DNA of 37,006 nucleotides, from the NCBI GenBank assembly GCA_037446635.1, contig JBBIIG010000003.1, positions 130,735 through 167,740 of the forward strand, given 5' to 3'. The translations under genes were made by a program, and so were the position numbers. Below are positions 10,075-19,800 of the stretch, one piece after another. The notes under the pieces were generated by a model that searched no databases, was not told the DNA's origin, and worked only from the letters and a program-made list of their open reading frames with translations. The first letter of the stretch is position 1. Every line of letters begins with the position of its first letter. The stretch comes from a bacterium. GTDB lineage: Bacteria; Zhuqueibacterota; Zhuqueibacteria; Oceanimicrobiales; Oceanimicrobiaceae.

Positions 10075-10107
10075 CCTCACTCTCACCCTCTCCTTTCAGG
10101 AGAAGGG
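10075..10107. repeat. CCCTCACC...CCCTCTCC-type REP-like hairpin overlapping a gene end
   Basis: cctcactctcaccctctcctttcaggagaaggg. On the minus strand it encodes the last residues (PSPERRG) and the stop of the ORF ending at 10083. Confidence 0.7.
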
Positions 10108-11753
10108 AACGACGCCCGCGCGATCATCTGCCGCACCTCCGGCGTGTCCATCGCTTGCGAAGAATGGTACAGCACCAGCGCCGGCATCACGCCCAACTCC
10201 GCGTACGCCGCTTCCTGCAATTTAAACAGCGGATGCGACGGATGCTTCGTCAACAGATGCGGAGTGAAACGCGTGTATTTGCCAAACAAGTAAGTCGAAA
10301 CCGGATGCGCTCGCCGCCACGGGGTCACTCCTTCCATGCCGTGCACTTCGGTGATGCTGTCAATGCCGTGAATTTGCGCCATGGGCAGCGCGCTGAGCGT
10401 CTGCTCGTGCTGGCCTTCGCCGGCAAATAGAATGAGGGGAAACGCCTTCTGCAATCTTTGAATATGTGAACGCATTCCCGCCAAAAAATTCGGACCGCGG
10501 CTGACGTTGAACGCCAGCAGAGTTTGATCGAGAAAAACCGCATCGACTTTGAAGCGGTCAATCAACCCCCCGAGGACGCCGGTCATCAACTCGCCCCATT
10601 CCTTCGCGCCGGGGTTGATGTACGCAAAGTACGGCTCGGCCAGCCAGTCGCCGTCCATGTCCAGCCCCCAGCATTGCGGCCGGCCAAACACGTCCACCAC
10701 CTGATGCTCTTTGAATTTTGGATAAAGGCGATGGGTGAACGTCATCGCCAGAACATTGGTGTGAATCATCACGCGGTAGCCCATCGCGTGAGCGGCCTCG
10801 ATCAGCTCTTTGAATTTCTCATCGCCGCCGAGCGCAGAACTGGGATTGTAATCCGGCGCGTGGGAATCGATGCCGTTTTCCGCGAAGCCGGCGAGATAGA
10901 CGAGCGTGCGCTTCGGATCGTACAGCTTCGCCCACTGTTTGAGTCGCTCGATGGTTTCCGGAAACGTGTGCAGCGGCTGCGGCTTGTCTTTGCGCACGCC
11001 CCAAATTTCCAGCACGAATTTGATGTCGTTCGCCCAGTCGGGAAAGTGCGGATGGTTTGTCACCGGCGCCAGTCCAAACGCCTTCTCCATCCAACTGCGA
11101 TGCCGGTCGACGGCCAATCTCCAATCTCCTTCAAAACCATCGACCAACCATTCCGCTCGTATTTCATTGGATATCTGCTGCGCGTCTGCTTCAAAGCCGA
11201 AGGTCAATTCAAAAGCGCCGGTTTCTCTTTTCACCCGCAGCAATTTCAGATCAGGGTTGGCGTCCTCGCTGCGAATGCAAAATCCGCCGCGCGCGCTGCG
11301 GCCGATCACAAACTGGGCGCTCCACCAAAACGGGTATTTGTAACTCAGCGTGGTATCGACGGGCATTTGCGCCGTCAAAACTTGTCCGCCCAGGGCCGGC
11401 ACAATCACCTCATCGCACTGCCAGCCGCCGAGCCGCCACTCCACTAGCCAAACTGGATGCGATGACTGCACGTGCAGTTGAAATTGCAGGCCGTTTTCGC
11501 CGGGGGCAATCGTCAATCTCGCGCGATGTTCGCGACTGACATCGGCGAACTCGACGCGCCCCCCTTCTTGGTCGGATGCGATTTCCACCGGACTCAAAAC
11601 CTCCGGCTCCGAAACCGCCAGCGGCGAGCGCACCAGCAACGTCATTTGTGCGCCGCGGCACATCATTTCGCCGCTCGCTCGATTTTTTATTTCAGTGAGA
11701 TCTGCCGGCGAGCGGCCAGGTTGCAGTTCAATTTGTTCAGCTGCGATTTTCAT
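10083..11753 (-). CDS. Putative unclassified glycoside hydrolase (beta-sandwich plus TIM barrel; DUF6259-like)
   Basis: PDYNP...LGG...FK.LI..AH.MGYRVM.HTN, Y.NPG...W, VDAVFLDQ (candidate nucleophile Asp) and FAGEG. No signal peptide. Confidence 0.6.
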   Translation of the reverse strand: MKIAAEQIELQPGRSPADLTEIKNRASGEMMCRGAQMTLLVRSPLAVSEPEVLSPVEIASDQEGGRVEFADVSREHRARLTIAPGENGLQFQLHVQSSHPVWLVEWRLGGWQCDEVIVPALGGQVLTAQMPVDTTLSYKYPFWWSAQFVIGRSARGGFCIRSEDANPDLKLLRVKRETGAFELTFGFEADAQQISNEIRAEWLVDGFEGDWRLAVDRHRSWMEKAFGLAPVTNHPHFPDWANDIKFVLEIWGVRKDKPQPLHTFPETIERLKQWAKLYDPKRTLVYLAGFAENGIDSHAPDYNPSSALGGDEKFKELIEAAHAMGYRVMIHTNVLAMTFTHRLYPKFKEHQVVDVFGRPQCWGLDMDGDWLAEPYFAYINPGAKEWGELMTGVLGGLIDRFKVDAVFLDQTLLAFNVSRGPNFLAGMRSHIQRLQKAFPLILFAGEGQHEQTLSALPMAQIHGIDSITEVHGMEGVTPWRRAHPVSTYLFGKYTRFTPHLLTKHPSHPLFKLQEAAYAELGVMPALVLYHSSQAMDTPEVRQMIARASFPSPERRG

Positions 11754-11806
11754 TTGGTTAATCTAAACCACCAGGTAAGTGCACATTCATTTTGTGATAA
11801 CAACTT

Positions 11807-11876
11807 TGTCATTCAGGAGGAACCTTTTAGGAAGTTAAGCAAGTCTGTCAATCAAAAAGGTTCCTCCTGAATGACA
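11807..11876. repeat. 70-nt inverted-repeat element, copy 1
   Basis: tgtcattcaggaggaacctttt ... aaaaggttcctcctgaatgaca, with perfect 22-bp arms. Confidence 0.9.
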
Positions 11877-11886
11877 GCTCGAGCTT

Positions 11887-12360
11887 TTACAGCACGACTT
11901 CCATTTTCTGAATCTCCTTCTTCTCCACGTCCTCGAACGGCGTGCCTTTGCGGAAGATGACAAAGTAGGAAGCTTCCTTCTTCCCCACCGGTAGACACGC
12001 GCCGTGCCACACCGCATCAGCAACCACGACGGCCTCGCCAAGATCAACCTGGAACGCTTCGACGGCGGTGTCCGGCTGACCCTCCAGCAGCACCGGCAAA
12101 ATGAACGGCGCGTCGATCGGGATCAAAATCTCCGGCGTGCGCAAGTGGCGTTCCACTCCCGCGAGCTCCATTTTCGGCTGCTGATACACCGTGCAAATGC
12201 CAATCTCGGTTTCGCCCGCGATGTGATAGTCCGCGATATCCGACCAGAATTTGAATTCCTTGGCCTCGGCGGTGGGCTTGGCCGTTGGCCATTTCACCAC
12301 GCGGCCGAATTTTTTGAAGTTTTCCGGGGTGATGTCTTTTACTTTGATCATGGCGTTCAT
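11887..12360 (-). CDS. Ureidoglycolate lyase/hydrolase-like cupin protein
   Basis: ITPENFKKFG, VERHLRTPEILIP and VWHG motifs of the AllA-like cupin family. The start is likely ATG 12360 or 12351; the GTG at 12399 lies inside a hairpin. Confidence 0.7.
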   Translation of the reverse strand: MNAMIKVKDITPENFKKFGRVVKWPTAKPTAEAKEFKFWSDIADYHIAGETEIGICTVYQQPKMELAGVERHLRTPEILIPIDAPFILPVLLEGQPDTAVEAFQVDLGEAVVVADAVWHGACLPVGKKEASYFVIFRKGTPFEDVEKKEIQKMEVVL

Positions 12361-12390
12361 TTTTCCCGAATATCGATCGTGTTCATTAAA

Positions 12391-12409
12391 TCCGCCCACG
12401 AGGGGCGGA
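12391..12409 (-). terminator. Short GC-rich hairpin, possible weak terminator or stability stem
   Basis: tccgccc-acgag-gggcgga lies directly after the stop of the GH-A gene, with only a 3-U tail on the minus strand. Confidence 0.35.
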
Positions 12410-12411
12410 AA

Positions 12412-13854
12412 CTACTTCGAAATTTTGATGATAGCGATTTCGCCGCCAGCCAATTGCATGTTCTCGAGCAGCGTTTTGTCGTTTTTGATTTTGATGTTTT
12501 TGAACTCGCTTGCCGCGCCGAGTTCATTAAACAGTGTCGCCTTTTTCGACAACTTTATCGGTAGTTCAACGGACACCGATTCTTTGCGCGTATCCTTGAC
12601 GTTACCGCTGTTGTCCGCCCCGCGTTTTTCGGGTTGATGCGTCTTCAGCCAGCCAATGACCACCGCGTCGCCGTTTTCAAATTCGAAGGCGTGCACTTCG
12701 CTGTCGAACTGGGCGCTGCGCTTGATCGCCACTTGGTCATCGATGCCGCGGTATTTTCCACTGAAGAGTTGATTGAAAAATGCCAGCGCGTGCTGCGCCG
12801 GTTTGGGCGAGTAGTCCACATACGCCACGCCTAAGTTGCGATTGTTGACGTCGCCGATCACTTTTTCCATCGGCGGCAAATCTTTGATCTCGTACCACGC
12901 AATCGCCGCGAGCTGGTTGGTGGAGAGCAGCAGCGTCAAGGTGCGGACGAGCGCCACCGCCTGATATTTCGGCGTATGTTCGTAATCATAATACGCTTTG
13001 TAATGATCGGAAACGTGGGCGCCGTTGCGGAAGGTGCTGTAGCCTACTTCCGCCATCCAAAGAGATTGCCCGTTACCATATTTTTGGATGATGTCGTAAA
13101 TGGTGTTCACGTAGGGCACAATCATCTCCAGTGGATTGCCGCCCCAGGTTTCGTTGTAGTTGTGAATGTTGACCACGTCCACAAACTCGCTGACGCCGAG
13201 GTCGCGAAACAAGCGGAGAGTGAAATCGGTTTTGTGCGCCAGGCCGCCGAGAACCACGATGGCATCCGGATCGGCTTTGCGCACCGCGGCGGCGCCGATC
13301 TTCAGTAGCTTCGCGTATTCCTCAACCGTGCCCGACCAGTACGCGGTGATGTCCGGCTCATTCCAAATTTCCCACGATTTGATGCGGCCTTTGTAGCGGT
13401 TCACAATGTCTTCCACGAACTGGCCAAACTCGTCGTAATCAATCGGCGTGTGATCCCAGAAGTTGGTACTGTCGCCAGTGGAGTTCCACAGCGGGGTGTA
13501 GCAGATGTAGGGAATCAGCGTGATGCCGTATTCATCCACGGCCATCTTCACGTAGTCGTCCCAGAACAGCCAATCGTATTGATCCTTCGCGGTTTCGATG
13601 CCGTCCCAGCCGAATGAAATGCGCAATAAGTTGATGCCGCTGCGTTTCAGCAACTCCATGTCGTTGCGGATGATCTCCAGCGTAGTGGTTTCTTCGGGAT
13701 AATCTTCGCACAAGCCGAGGGGCACGTGATAAAATTTCGCGTCAGCCGGTCGCAGCAGTTGCTCGTAAATCAGTTTGTGATTTTGCTGTCCGCAGACCGC
13801 GACCGTGAAAACCCATGTGATCGCTAATCCCAATTTCATAAATTTCCCCAGCAT
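12412..13854 (-). CDS. Exported clan GH-A glycoside hydrolase (GH39/GH5-like)
   Basis: Hydrophobic N-terminus; RISFGW..IE...QYDW; acid/base WEIWNEPD; VNIHNY; nucleophile LWMAEVG. SD GAGGAG upstream. Confidence 0.8.
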   Translation of the reverse strand: MLGKFMKLGLAITWVFTVAVCGQQNHKLIYEQLLRPADAKFYHVPLGLCEDYPEETTTLEIIRNDMELLKRSGINLLRISFGWDGIETAKDQYDWLFWDDYVKMAVDEYGITLIPYICYTPLWNSTGDSTNFWDHTPIDYDEFGQFVEDIVNRYKGRIKSWEIWNEPDITAYWSGTVEEYAKLLKIGAAAVRKADPDAIVVLGGLAHKTDFTLRLFRDLGVSEFVDVVNIHNYNETWGGNPLEMIVPYVNTIYDIIQKYGNGQSLWMAEVGYSTFRNGAHVSDHYKAYYDYEHTPKYQAVALVRTLTLLLSTNQLAAIAWYEIKDLPPMEKVIGDVNNRNLGVAYVDYSPKPAQHALAFFNQLFSGKYRGIDDQVAIKRSAQFDSEVHAFEFENGDAVVIGWLKTHQPEKRGADNSGNVKDTRKESVSVELPIKLSKKATLFNELGAASEFKNIKIKNDKTLLENMQLAGGEIAIIKISK

Positions 13855-13916
13855 TTTCGTCTCCTCAATTTAGCCTTGAATAATTGTAAACTTCGATGAT
13901 AACCGTTGCATACCGA

Positions 13917-14066
13917 TTGGAGTAATGGAGTTTTGGAGTAATGAATGAAAAATGCAAATAGCCTGCCTGCGCCGATCGACAAAATCAAATTTCAAATTTC
14001 GTCTCAGGTTTCACGTTTGCCGTCTCACGACACAACACTCCACTACTCCATCACTCCAATAATCCA
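13917..14066. repeat. Bipartite octamer-repeat element enclosing other short repeat motifs
   Basis: Left arm ttggagtaatggagttttggagtaatg; right arm acactccactactccatcactccaataatcca. The interior holds gcctgcctgcg and heptamer-like runs (aaatcaaatttcaaatt; tttcacgtttgccgtctcacg). Confidence 0.75.
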
Positions 14067-15056
14067 TTAGTGATCCACTTCCTCATTCCAGAAATCCTTG
14101 CGCCAGGCAAATCGGCGCAGATCCAGCAGCTCGTCTGCGGGCAGCCCGTGGCCGTCGCTGGGCCGCACGTTGCTTTCGGCCTGCGCCGCGGTGCGGATGC
14201 CGGGAATCACCGTGCTCACCGCCGAATGCGAAAGGCAGAAACGCAGCGCGTACTCCGGCATCGACATTTGCGGGTGGCGCTGATTTTTGAAATGCTCGAT
14301 CTCTTTCACGCGCGCGATCACCGCCGGCAAATTTTTGCCGCGAAAATAGTGGCGGCGGACGTCGCCTTCCGCAAACGTGGTGTTGAGGGTGAACTTGCCG
14401 GTGAGCGCGCCTTCATCAAACGGCACGCGCACGATGATCCCCACGCCCAATTTCTCCGCCACCGGAAAGAGATTGCGCTGGGGGAACTGCTCGAAAAGAT
14501 TGTAAATCACCTGCACCGCTTCCACCCGCCCCATGGCCAGCGCGCCGATGATGCTGTCGGGTTTGGTGTCTGGCACCGAGACGCCGATGGCGCGGATTTT
14601 TCCCTGCTGCTTGAGTTTGCTCATCGCGTCGAACCACTCGTCGCGGATGTTGAAGGCGCTGACCCAGGTGTGGAATTGGTAGATATCCACGTAATCCCGC
14701 CTCAGCCGCTTCAAGGATTTTTCACATTCTTCAATGATATATTTAGCCGGGAAAACTTCGTTGAGATCGATGTCGTCGGGCGGCGGCCACTGCATGGTTT
14801 TGGGCGGCACTTTGGTCGCCACAAAAATCTCTTCTTTGCGTTCTTTGAGAACTTTGCCAATCAGGGTTTCGCTGTGACCGCCGCCGTAGCCCTGCGCCGT
14901 GTCAATGAAATTGACCCCGAGATCGAGCGCGCGGTGCAGCGCTTTGATGGATTCGCGGTCGTCCTGCGGCCCCCACATATCACCGCCGATGGCCCAGGCG
15001 CCGAAGCCGATTTCCGAAACTTGCCAATCCAATTTTCCAAATTTTCGATATTTCAT
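14067..15056 (-). CDS. Aldo/keto reductase
   Basis: VSEIGFGAW, GVNFIDTAQGYG, ATK, SLKRL..DYVDIYQFH, GKIRAIGVS and VIPG. Confidence 0.95.
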   Translation of the reverse strand: MKYRKFGKLDWQVSEIGFGAWAIGGDMWGPQDDRESIKALHRALDLGVNFIDTAQGYGGGHSETLIGKVLKERKEEIFVATKVPPKTMQWPPPDDIDLNEVFPAKYIIEECEKSLKRLRRDYVDIYQFHTWVSAFNIRDEWFDAMSKLKQQGKIRAIGVSVPDTKPDSIIGALAMGRVEAVQVIYNLFEQFPQRNLFPVAEKLGVGIIVRVPFDEGALTGKFTLNTTFAEGDVRRHYFRGKNLPAVIARVKEIEHFKNQRHPQMSMPEYALRFCLSHSAVSTVIPGIRTAAQAESNVRPSDGHGLPADELLDLRRFAWRKDFWNEEVDH

Positions 15057-15072
15057 TTACGTTCAGCTCCCG

Positions 15073-15474
15073 TCAAAAGGTCACGCCCGAAATCAAAATC
15101 ACGTTGGCGTAAGGCGAAGCTTCGCCGGTGCGCACAAACGCCGTGTTATAATTGGATGATGTAATTTGTTTGAATTCTTCGTGGGAAACGCGCTGCAATT
15201 TTACTTCGCCCAGCAGGCTCTGCAATTCTTTGAGAATGCCCGGGCTGCTGGTTTCAATCTCCTGAGCGATGATTGCGCCCTCCACCTGCAATTCCTGCAG
15301 CACCACCCGCAGCACGTCCAGAAAACGCGGGATATTTTTGGTGAGCGCCAGATCGACGCACTCATGATCGCGGGGAATCGGCAGACCGCTGTCGCAAATC
15401 ACCAGCCGGTCAGTGTGTCCCATTTTAGCGATTATTCGCGCCAGGCCGGAATTCAAGACGCCTAATTTCTTCAT
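15073..15474 (-). CDS. rbsD: D-ribose pyranase
   Basis: MKKLGVLNS...MGHTDRLVICDSGLPIP, DLAL, SHEEFK and VRTGEASPYANVILISGVTF. True start ATG 15474 behind GAGGAGG. Confidence 0.95.
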   Translation of the reverse strand: MKKLGVLNSGLARIIAKMGHTDRLVICDSGLPIPRDHECVDLALTKNIPRFLDVLRVVLQELQVEGAIIAQEIETSSPGILKELQSLLGEVKLQRVSHEEFKQITSSNYNTAFVRTGEASPYANVILISGVTF

Positions 15475-15534
15475 CGAATACTTCCTCCTCAAAACTTCAT
15501 CGTATCTGAATTGACAGCGACAGTAACGGCCCGC

Positions 15535-15783
15535 TGTCATTGCGACCCGACAATCTCACAATTCACTGGTGAGATTGCCTCCTTGTGCAGGCAGGCTTTG
15601 TCGCTTTTGCTCCTACTAAGGACAGCGGAGGTGTCATTTCGAACCCCGATGCTTTTCATCGGGGTGAGAAATCTGGTAAAGTACGAATTGTGCTATTTCA
15701 GATTTCTCGCTTCGCTCGAAATGACACTGGCGGATCTGTCCTCGCTAATAAAACGACTCGCCGATCATTAACTCGCAATGACA
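15535..15783. repeat. Cluster of nested/tandem GTCATT...AATGAC-type inverted-repeat elements
   Basis: Outer inverted repeat tgtcattgcga (15535)/tcgcaatgaca (15783). Inner inverted repeat gtgtcatttcga (15631)/tcgaaatgacac (15727), containing accccgatg/catcggggt and gagaaatct/agatttctc hairpins. A gcaggcaggc motif lies near 15587. Confidence 0.85.
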
Positions 15784-15808
15784 ATGCTACCTCTTACCAG
15801 ATTTCAAA

Positions 15809-16723
15809 TTACAAAAAATCCTGCAGCTGCTTCATCGTCGGCATGGAGCTTTGCGCGCCCATTTTGGTCACCGAGTACGCTGCTACTTGATTGGCAAAAC
15901 GAATCGCTTCCGGGATCGCTTGGCCATTTGCCAGAGCAAAGGCAAAGGCGCCATTGAAGGCGTCGCCCGCTGCAGTGGTATCCACTGGCTTGACCGGCCG
16001 CGCCGCAAACGTTTCAAAACCGCTTTCCCGAAACCAGGCGCATCCTTCATCTCCCAAAGTTACAATTAAATTTTTAACCCCAATCTTTAGCAGCGCCGCA
16101 GCCGCCTTGCCCACGCCATCCCGATCGGCGGTGGAGACGCCGCTGAGCTTTTCAAGTTCAGTTTCATTGGGTGTTAAAAAATCCACCCATGACAACAGAT
16201 GCTGCGGCAGCTTAGTCGCCGGCGCTGGATTAAGAATCACGGTCACGCCGCTGCGGTGGGCGATCTCCGCGGCGCGCGCCACACATTCCAAAGGAATCTC
16301 CAATTGCAGCAGCAACACTTTCGCCGATGCAATGACATCCTTCTTCGATTCAATGTCGGCGGCCGTCAACTTCATGTTGCTGCCGGAGACCACGACGATT
16401 TCATTCTCCCCGTTTTCTTCAACCAAAATCAACGCAATGCCGGTGGAGGCCGAAGAATCGATCAGCAGGTGCTGCAGGTTCACGCCGGCGCTGCGCATGT
16501 TGGCGCTAAGTTGATCGCGAAAAACATCGTTGCCCATTTTGCCGATGAAATCGACCCGCCCGCCCAACTTTGCGGCACACACCGCCTGATTGGCACCTTT
16601 GCCGCCGGGAAACATGCCGAACTGTTTTCCCAAAATGGTCTCGCCCGGCCGCGGAAAGGTTTCGGTCGTTGCTACCAAATCCATGTTAGCGCTGCCGACC
16701 ACCACAATCCCATCGTGCTTCAT
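15809..16723 (-). CDS. rbsK: Ribokinase
   Basis: VVGSANMDLV, PGGKGANQAV, LLQLEIP, LNPAPA, TPNETE and VDTTAAGDAF; adjacent to rbsD. Confidence 0.93.
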   Translation of the reverse strand: MKHDGIVVVGSANMDLVATTETFPRPGETILGKQFGMFPGGKGANQAVCAAKLGGRVDFIGKMGNDVFRDQLSANMRSAGVNLQHLLIDSSASTGIALILVEENGENEIVVVSGSNMKLTAADIESKKDVIASAKVLLLQLEIPLECVARAAEIAHRSGVTVILNPAPATKLPQHLLSWVDFLTPNETELEKLSGVSTADRDGVGKAAAALLKIGVKNLIVTLGDEGCAWFRESGFETFAARPVKPVDTTAAGDAFNGAFAFALANGQAIPEAIRFANQVAAYSVTKMGAQSSMPTMKQLQDFL

Positions 16724-16778
16724 TATTCACTCCATTTGTTGAAAAAACTCGAATGCGAAATATAAAGTTCAAATCGCC

Positions 16779-16847
16779 TGTCATTCAGGAGGAAACCTTT
16801 TTGGCAAATGGTGGGGATATCAATAAAAAGACCCCTCCTGAGTGACA
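16779..16847. repeat. Inverted-repeat element, degenerate copy 2 of 11807-11876
   Basis: tgtcattcaggaggaaaccttttt ... aaaaagacccctcctgagtgaca. Confidence 0.85.
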
Positions 16848-16877
16848 TAAAGATTCTCATCACTCAACTTCAAATTC

Positions 16878-19800
16878 TCATTTTGCCAACAACTTGTATT
16901 GATGCTCGTGCACAATTCGCGGCGGCGAAAATAGGCCGGAGGCTTGTTGAACTCCTTCCAAAATGTTGATAACCGTGTTGGTCACTTTGAGAGTAAAATA
17001 GTTTTTCCCAGCGCGAACCATGTCTGTGATATCAACACGATACGGATGCCACGGCACCACGCGCGTATGACCATTAACATTCACTTCGAGCACGTCTTCG
17101 CCGCAGTCGGCTTCGAGAAAGAGTTTGCCGCTTAAATACTTTTCCGGGATTTCCACTTCCGCGGAATACGACGCCGTACCCGAAAAGAAAGGATACCCCT
17201 GCCGCGTCCAATCGCCGATTTTCAAACGGCTTTTTGCGGCGATGATTTTGAAGTCCGCAGCTGGGAGGGATTTCGACTCCGTCCCAGCATTGGCAGCGGA
17301 CTTACCTCCTCCCTCCAAAGTAAAATCGCCGATGATTTTGAGCAAATCGAGGATGCCGTCGGTGCGGCGCATCGCTGTCAATTTCACCGCCACCAGGTTG
17401 CGGCCCACTTGCAGATACGGTTGAATATTCAGCTCTTTGATTTCCGCGTCGAGCTTGCTGCGCCGGCCCGGATCGTTCACGGGCTGGCCGTTCACAAACA
17501 GCAGATGCTCGCTGCCGCTGAAGCCATCAATCAGCAGGCGCGTGTTCGGAGGCAAATCGCCAATCAAAAAGCTGGTGCGATACCACAAGGTCACCGGATA
17601 GATTTCCTGAGCGCGCTCGTGCGGCAGCTGCATTTCCCACGCGCCCTGCGTGACGTTCAGCCAGCCGCTGTCATCGAACTCAGGCAAATGAAATCCGCTG
17701 GCGTAGCCATCACCATTTTCAATTGTCATTTTCCACTTGCCGATGCAGAGCGCATTGTCGTCTTCTAATTTGAAGTCGAGTTCCCGCCCAAAGTTAATCG
17801 GTTTGAGTGCCTTTTTGGTTGGAGATTTAAGTCGCTTCACGGCGCGGCCATTTTTCACCACAGCAAACGCGGTTGCCTGCGCCGGATTGCCGTAGCCGAC
17901 GATCCCGTTTTCATCAAACTGCTCAATCTGCAAATTGCTTGCGGAAATGAACGATTCCGGCAGCGGCTCTTTCATCACCACGAGGTGGGATTCACTGGCC
18001 GGAAAATCCAGCTCGATGACAACGCGGCCGTCTTTCACATCGAACACGTGAATCGGCAGAATCTCGCCGGTGTTGGGATTCCACAACTCGGGGCGCATTT
18101 TCTGCTCGAAGGTAATTTCAACCCGCCCGAGATCCTGCTGCCCGGTGTTGACGAAGAAATAAACGTCGCGGCCATCTTTCACACGGTGGAGATAAAACAC
18201 TTCTTCGCGGCTAATGGTAACATCCGGCGGCGCACACAAATTGAGGATGCGCTTCAGCTCCGCTTTTTTCTTCGCTTGATGCAAACCCTTCCCCTGCACC
18301 ACGAACACCTTGCCTTTGCCGCGTTTCTGCTTCACCGCGAAACGCGCGCCGTTTTGAAAATCGTCGAGCAGCTTGATCGGACTGGCGCCAAAAAGTTGCT
18401 GCACGTCTTTCACCGCTCCATCTTTTTGACTTTCGAGATACTCGATCGGCAGCAGCGTATCGGCGATGACATTGCCGCCTGCGGCGACGAATTTCCTAAT
18501 TTGCTGCAGCGTTGATTTTTTGATGTGCGTCACCGGCGGCAAAATCAGAATCGAGTAATCTTCATCTGCGATCCTAATTCTTCCCCCTTTAATTTGAACC
18601 CTTCCCCTCTTGAGCTGGGATCGAGGGGGGTGTTTACTTTGCACAATCTCCGCCTCTGCCAGCACGTCTTCATCGACATAATCAAAATCATAATGCAATC
18701 GCAGCAGCGTGTCCGTCAAATAATTAAAATCGGACTCAATGACGTTGCCGACGGCGCTGCGTTTTTGCGGCACGTAATTCGCCCAAATGCTGTTGATGGG
18801 ATACAACACCAGCGCCTTCGCCACGTGGCGTCCGCCGGAAAGAATGTGACTGAGTCGCGCGGCGTAGCTGGTGAATTGATCATAATACTTCCACCAGGTG
18901 TGATGATAAAACTGCGACGGCGGCCAATCGCGCTTGCGCTCGCCTTCGATGGAATAGTGATAGCCATGATTGTTGAAAAGATTGACGCCGAGCACGTACT
19001 CCCAATTCATCATCCATTTCATGCGCTCCAGCGAACAGTCCCAGTACGTGCCGCCCATCGATTCGCACAGCAGCCGCGTGCTGCCAAAATGGTGCGCCGC
19101 GGAGCTGCCGATTTTCAGCGCCACGTGCTGATCGGGCTCGGCTTCGGTGCCAATTTTGGGATAGAGATGATCGACGCCGATGATGTGCATGTGGCGGAGA
19201 TGCTTGAACAAATTTCCTTCGCAGCGCGCCGATAGCCGAAGCCATTCCTCAAACAGCAAATGGCCGGTGAAGAGCACGCCGTTGGCTTCGCACCAGTCGC
19301 GGATTTGTTTGTAATAGGTTTCGGAATATTGCTCGGTGAGCGTGCGCCAAAAATCGTAGCGAATCTGCGCGGTCTTTGCGCCGATGCTGGTATAGAGCGC
19401 CGGCAGGTGCGGACGCAAATCGTAGCCGCGGCGCTCGCGAAAAATTTTGAACATCTGGCTCGACCACGGCACCACGTAGTTGTCGAGGCCGACGTGATAG
19501 TAGTGCATGGCCGGCTCATCGGTATAAAAACCGGGAACGATAGTGCCGAAGTCCGCGCCCACCGCATTTTTGTAGCGCTCGTGGGTCACTTCCAAAAAGC
19601 GCTTCGTTGATTCCGGGTTGAGGGCGTCGATGTAATACGGCACTTCCTTTTCGAGAAAATAAAGCAGCTTCCAATCGCCGGCCGGCGCTTCCCACGGGAT
19701 GACTTTGTTGAACGAAAGATTGGGCGTGAGGTCGATGAGGTTTTTGATTTCGGTATCGAACTCCGCCGCCGTGCAAGCGAACGCCGCCACCGGCTTGGAG

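Noticed and set aside
12357..12386. Possible frameshift or leader peptide: MNTIDIREK* overlapping the cupin start at an A-run
   Set aside because: The cupin looks complete from ATG 12360/12351 and the short frame has no clear SD. It cannot be separated from chance or a homopolymer error without reads or orthologues.
1832..15164. Long plus-strand ORFs (e.g. 1832-2542, 2858-3934, 5286-6476, 6501-7616, 10524-11447, 14070-15164)
   Set aside because: They are antisense shadows of well-supported minus-strand genes in GC-rich DNA and have no recognisable motifs.
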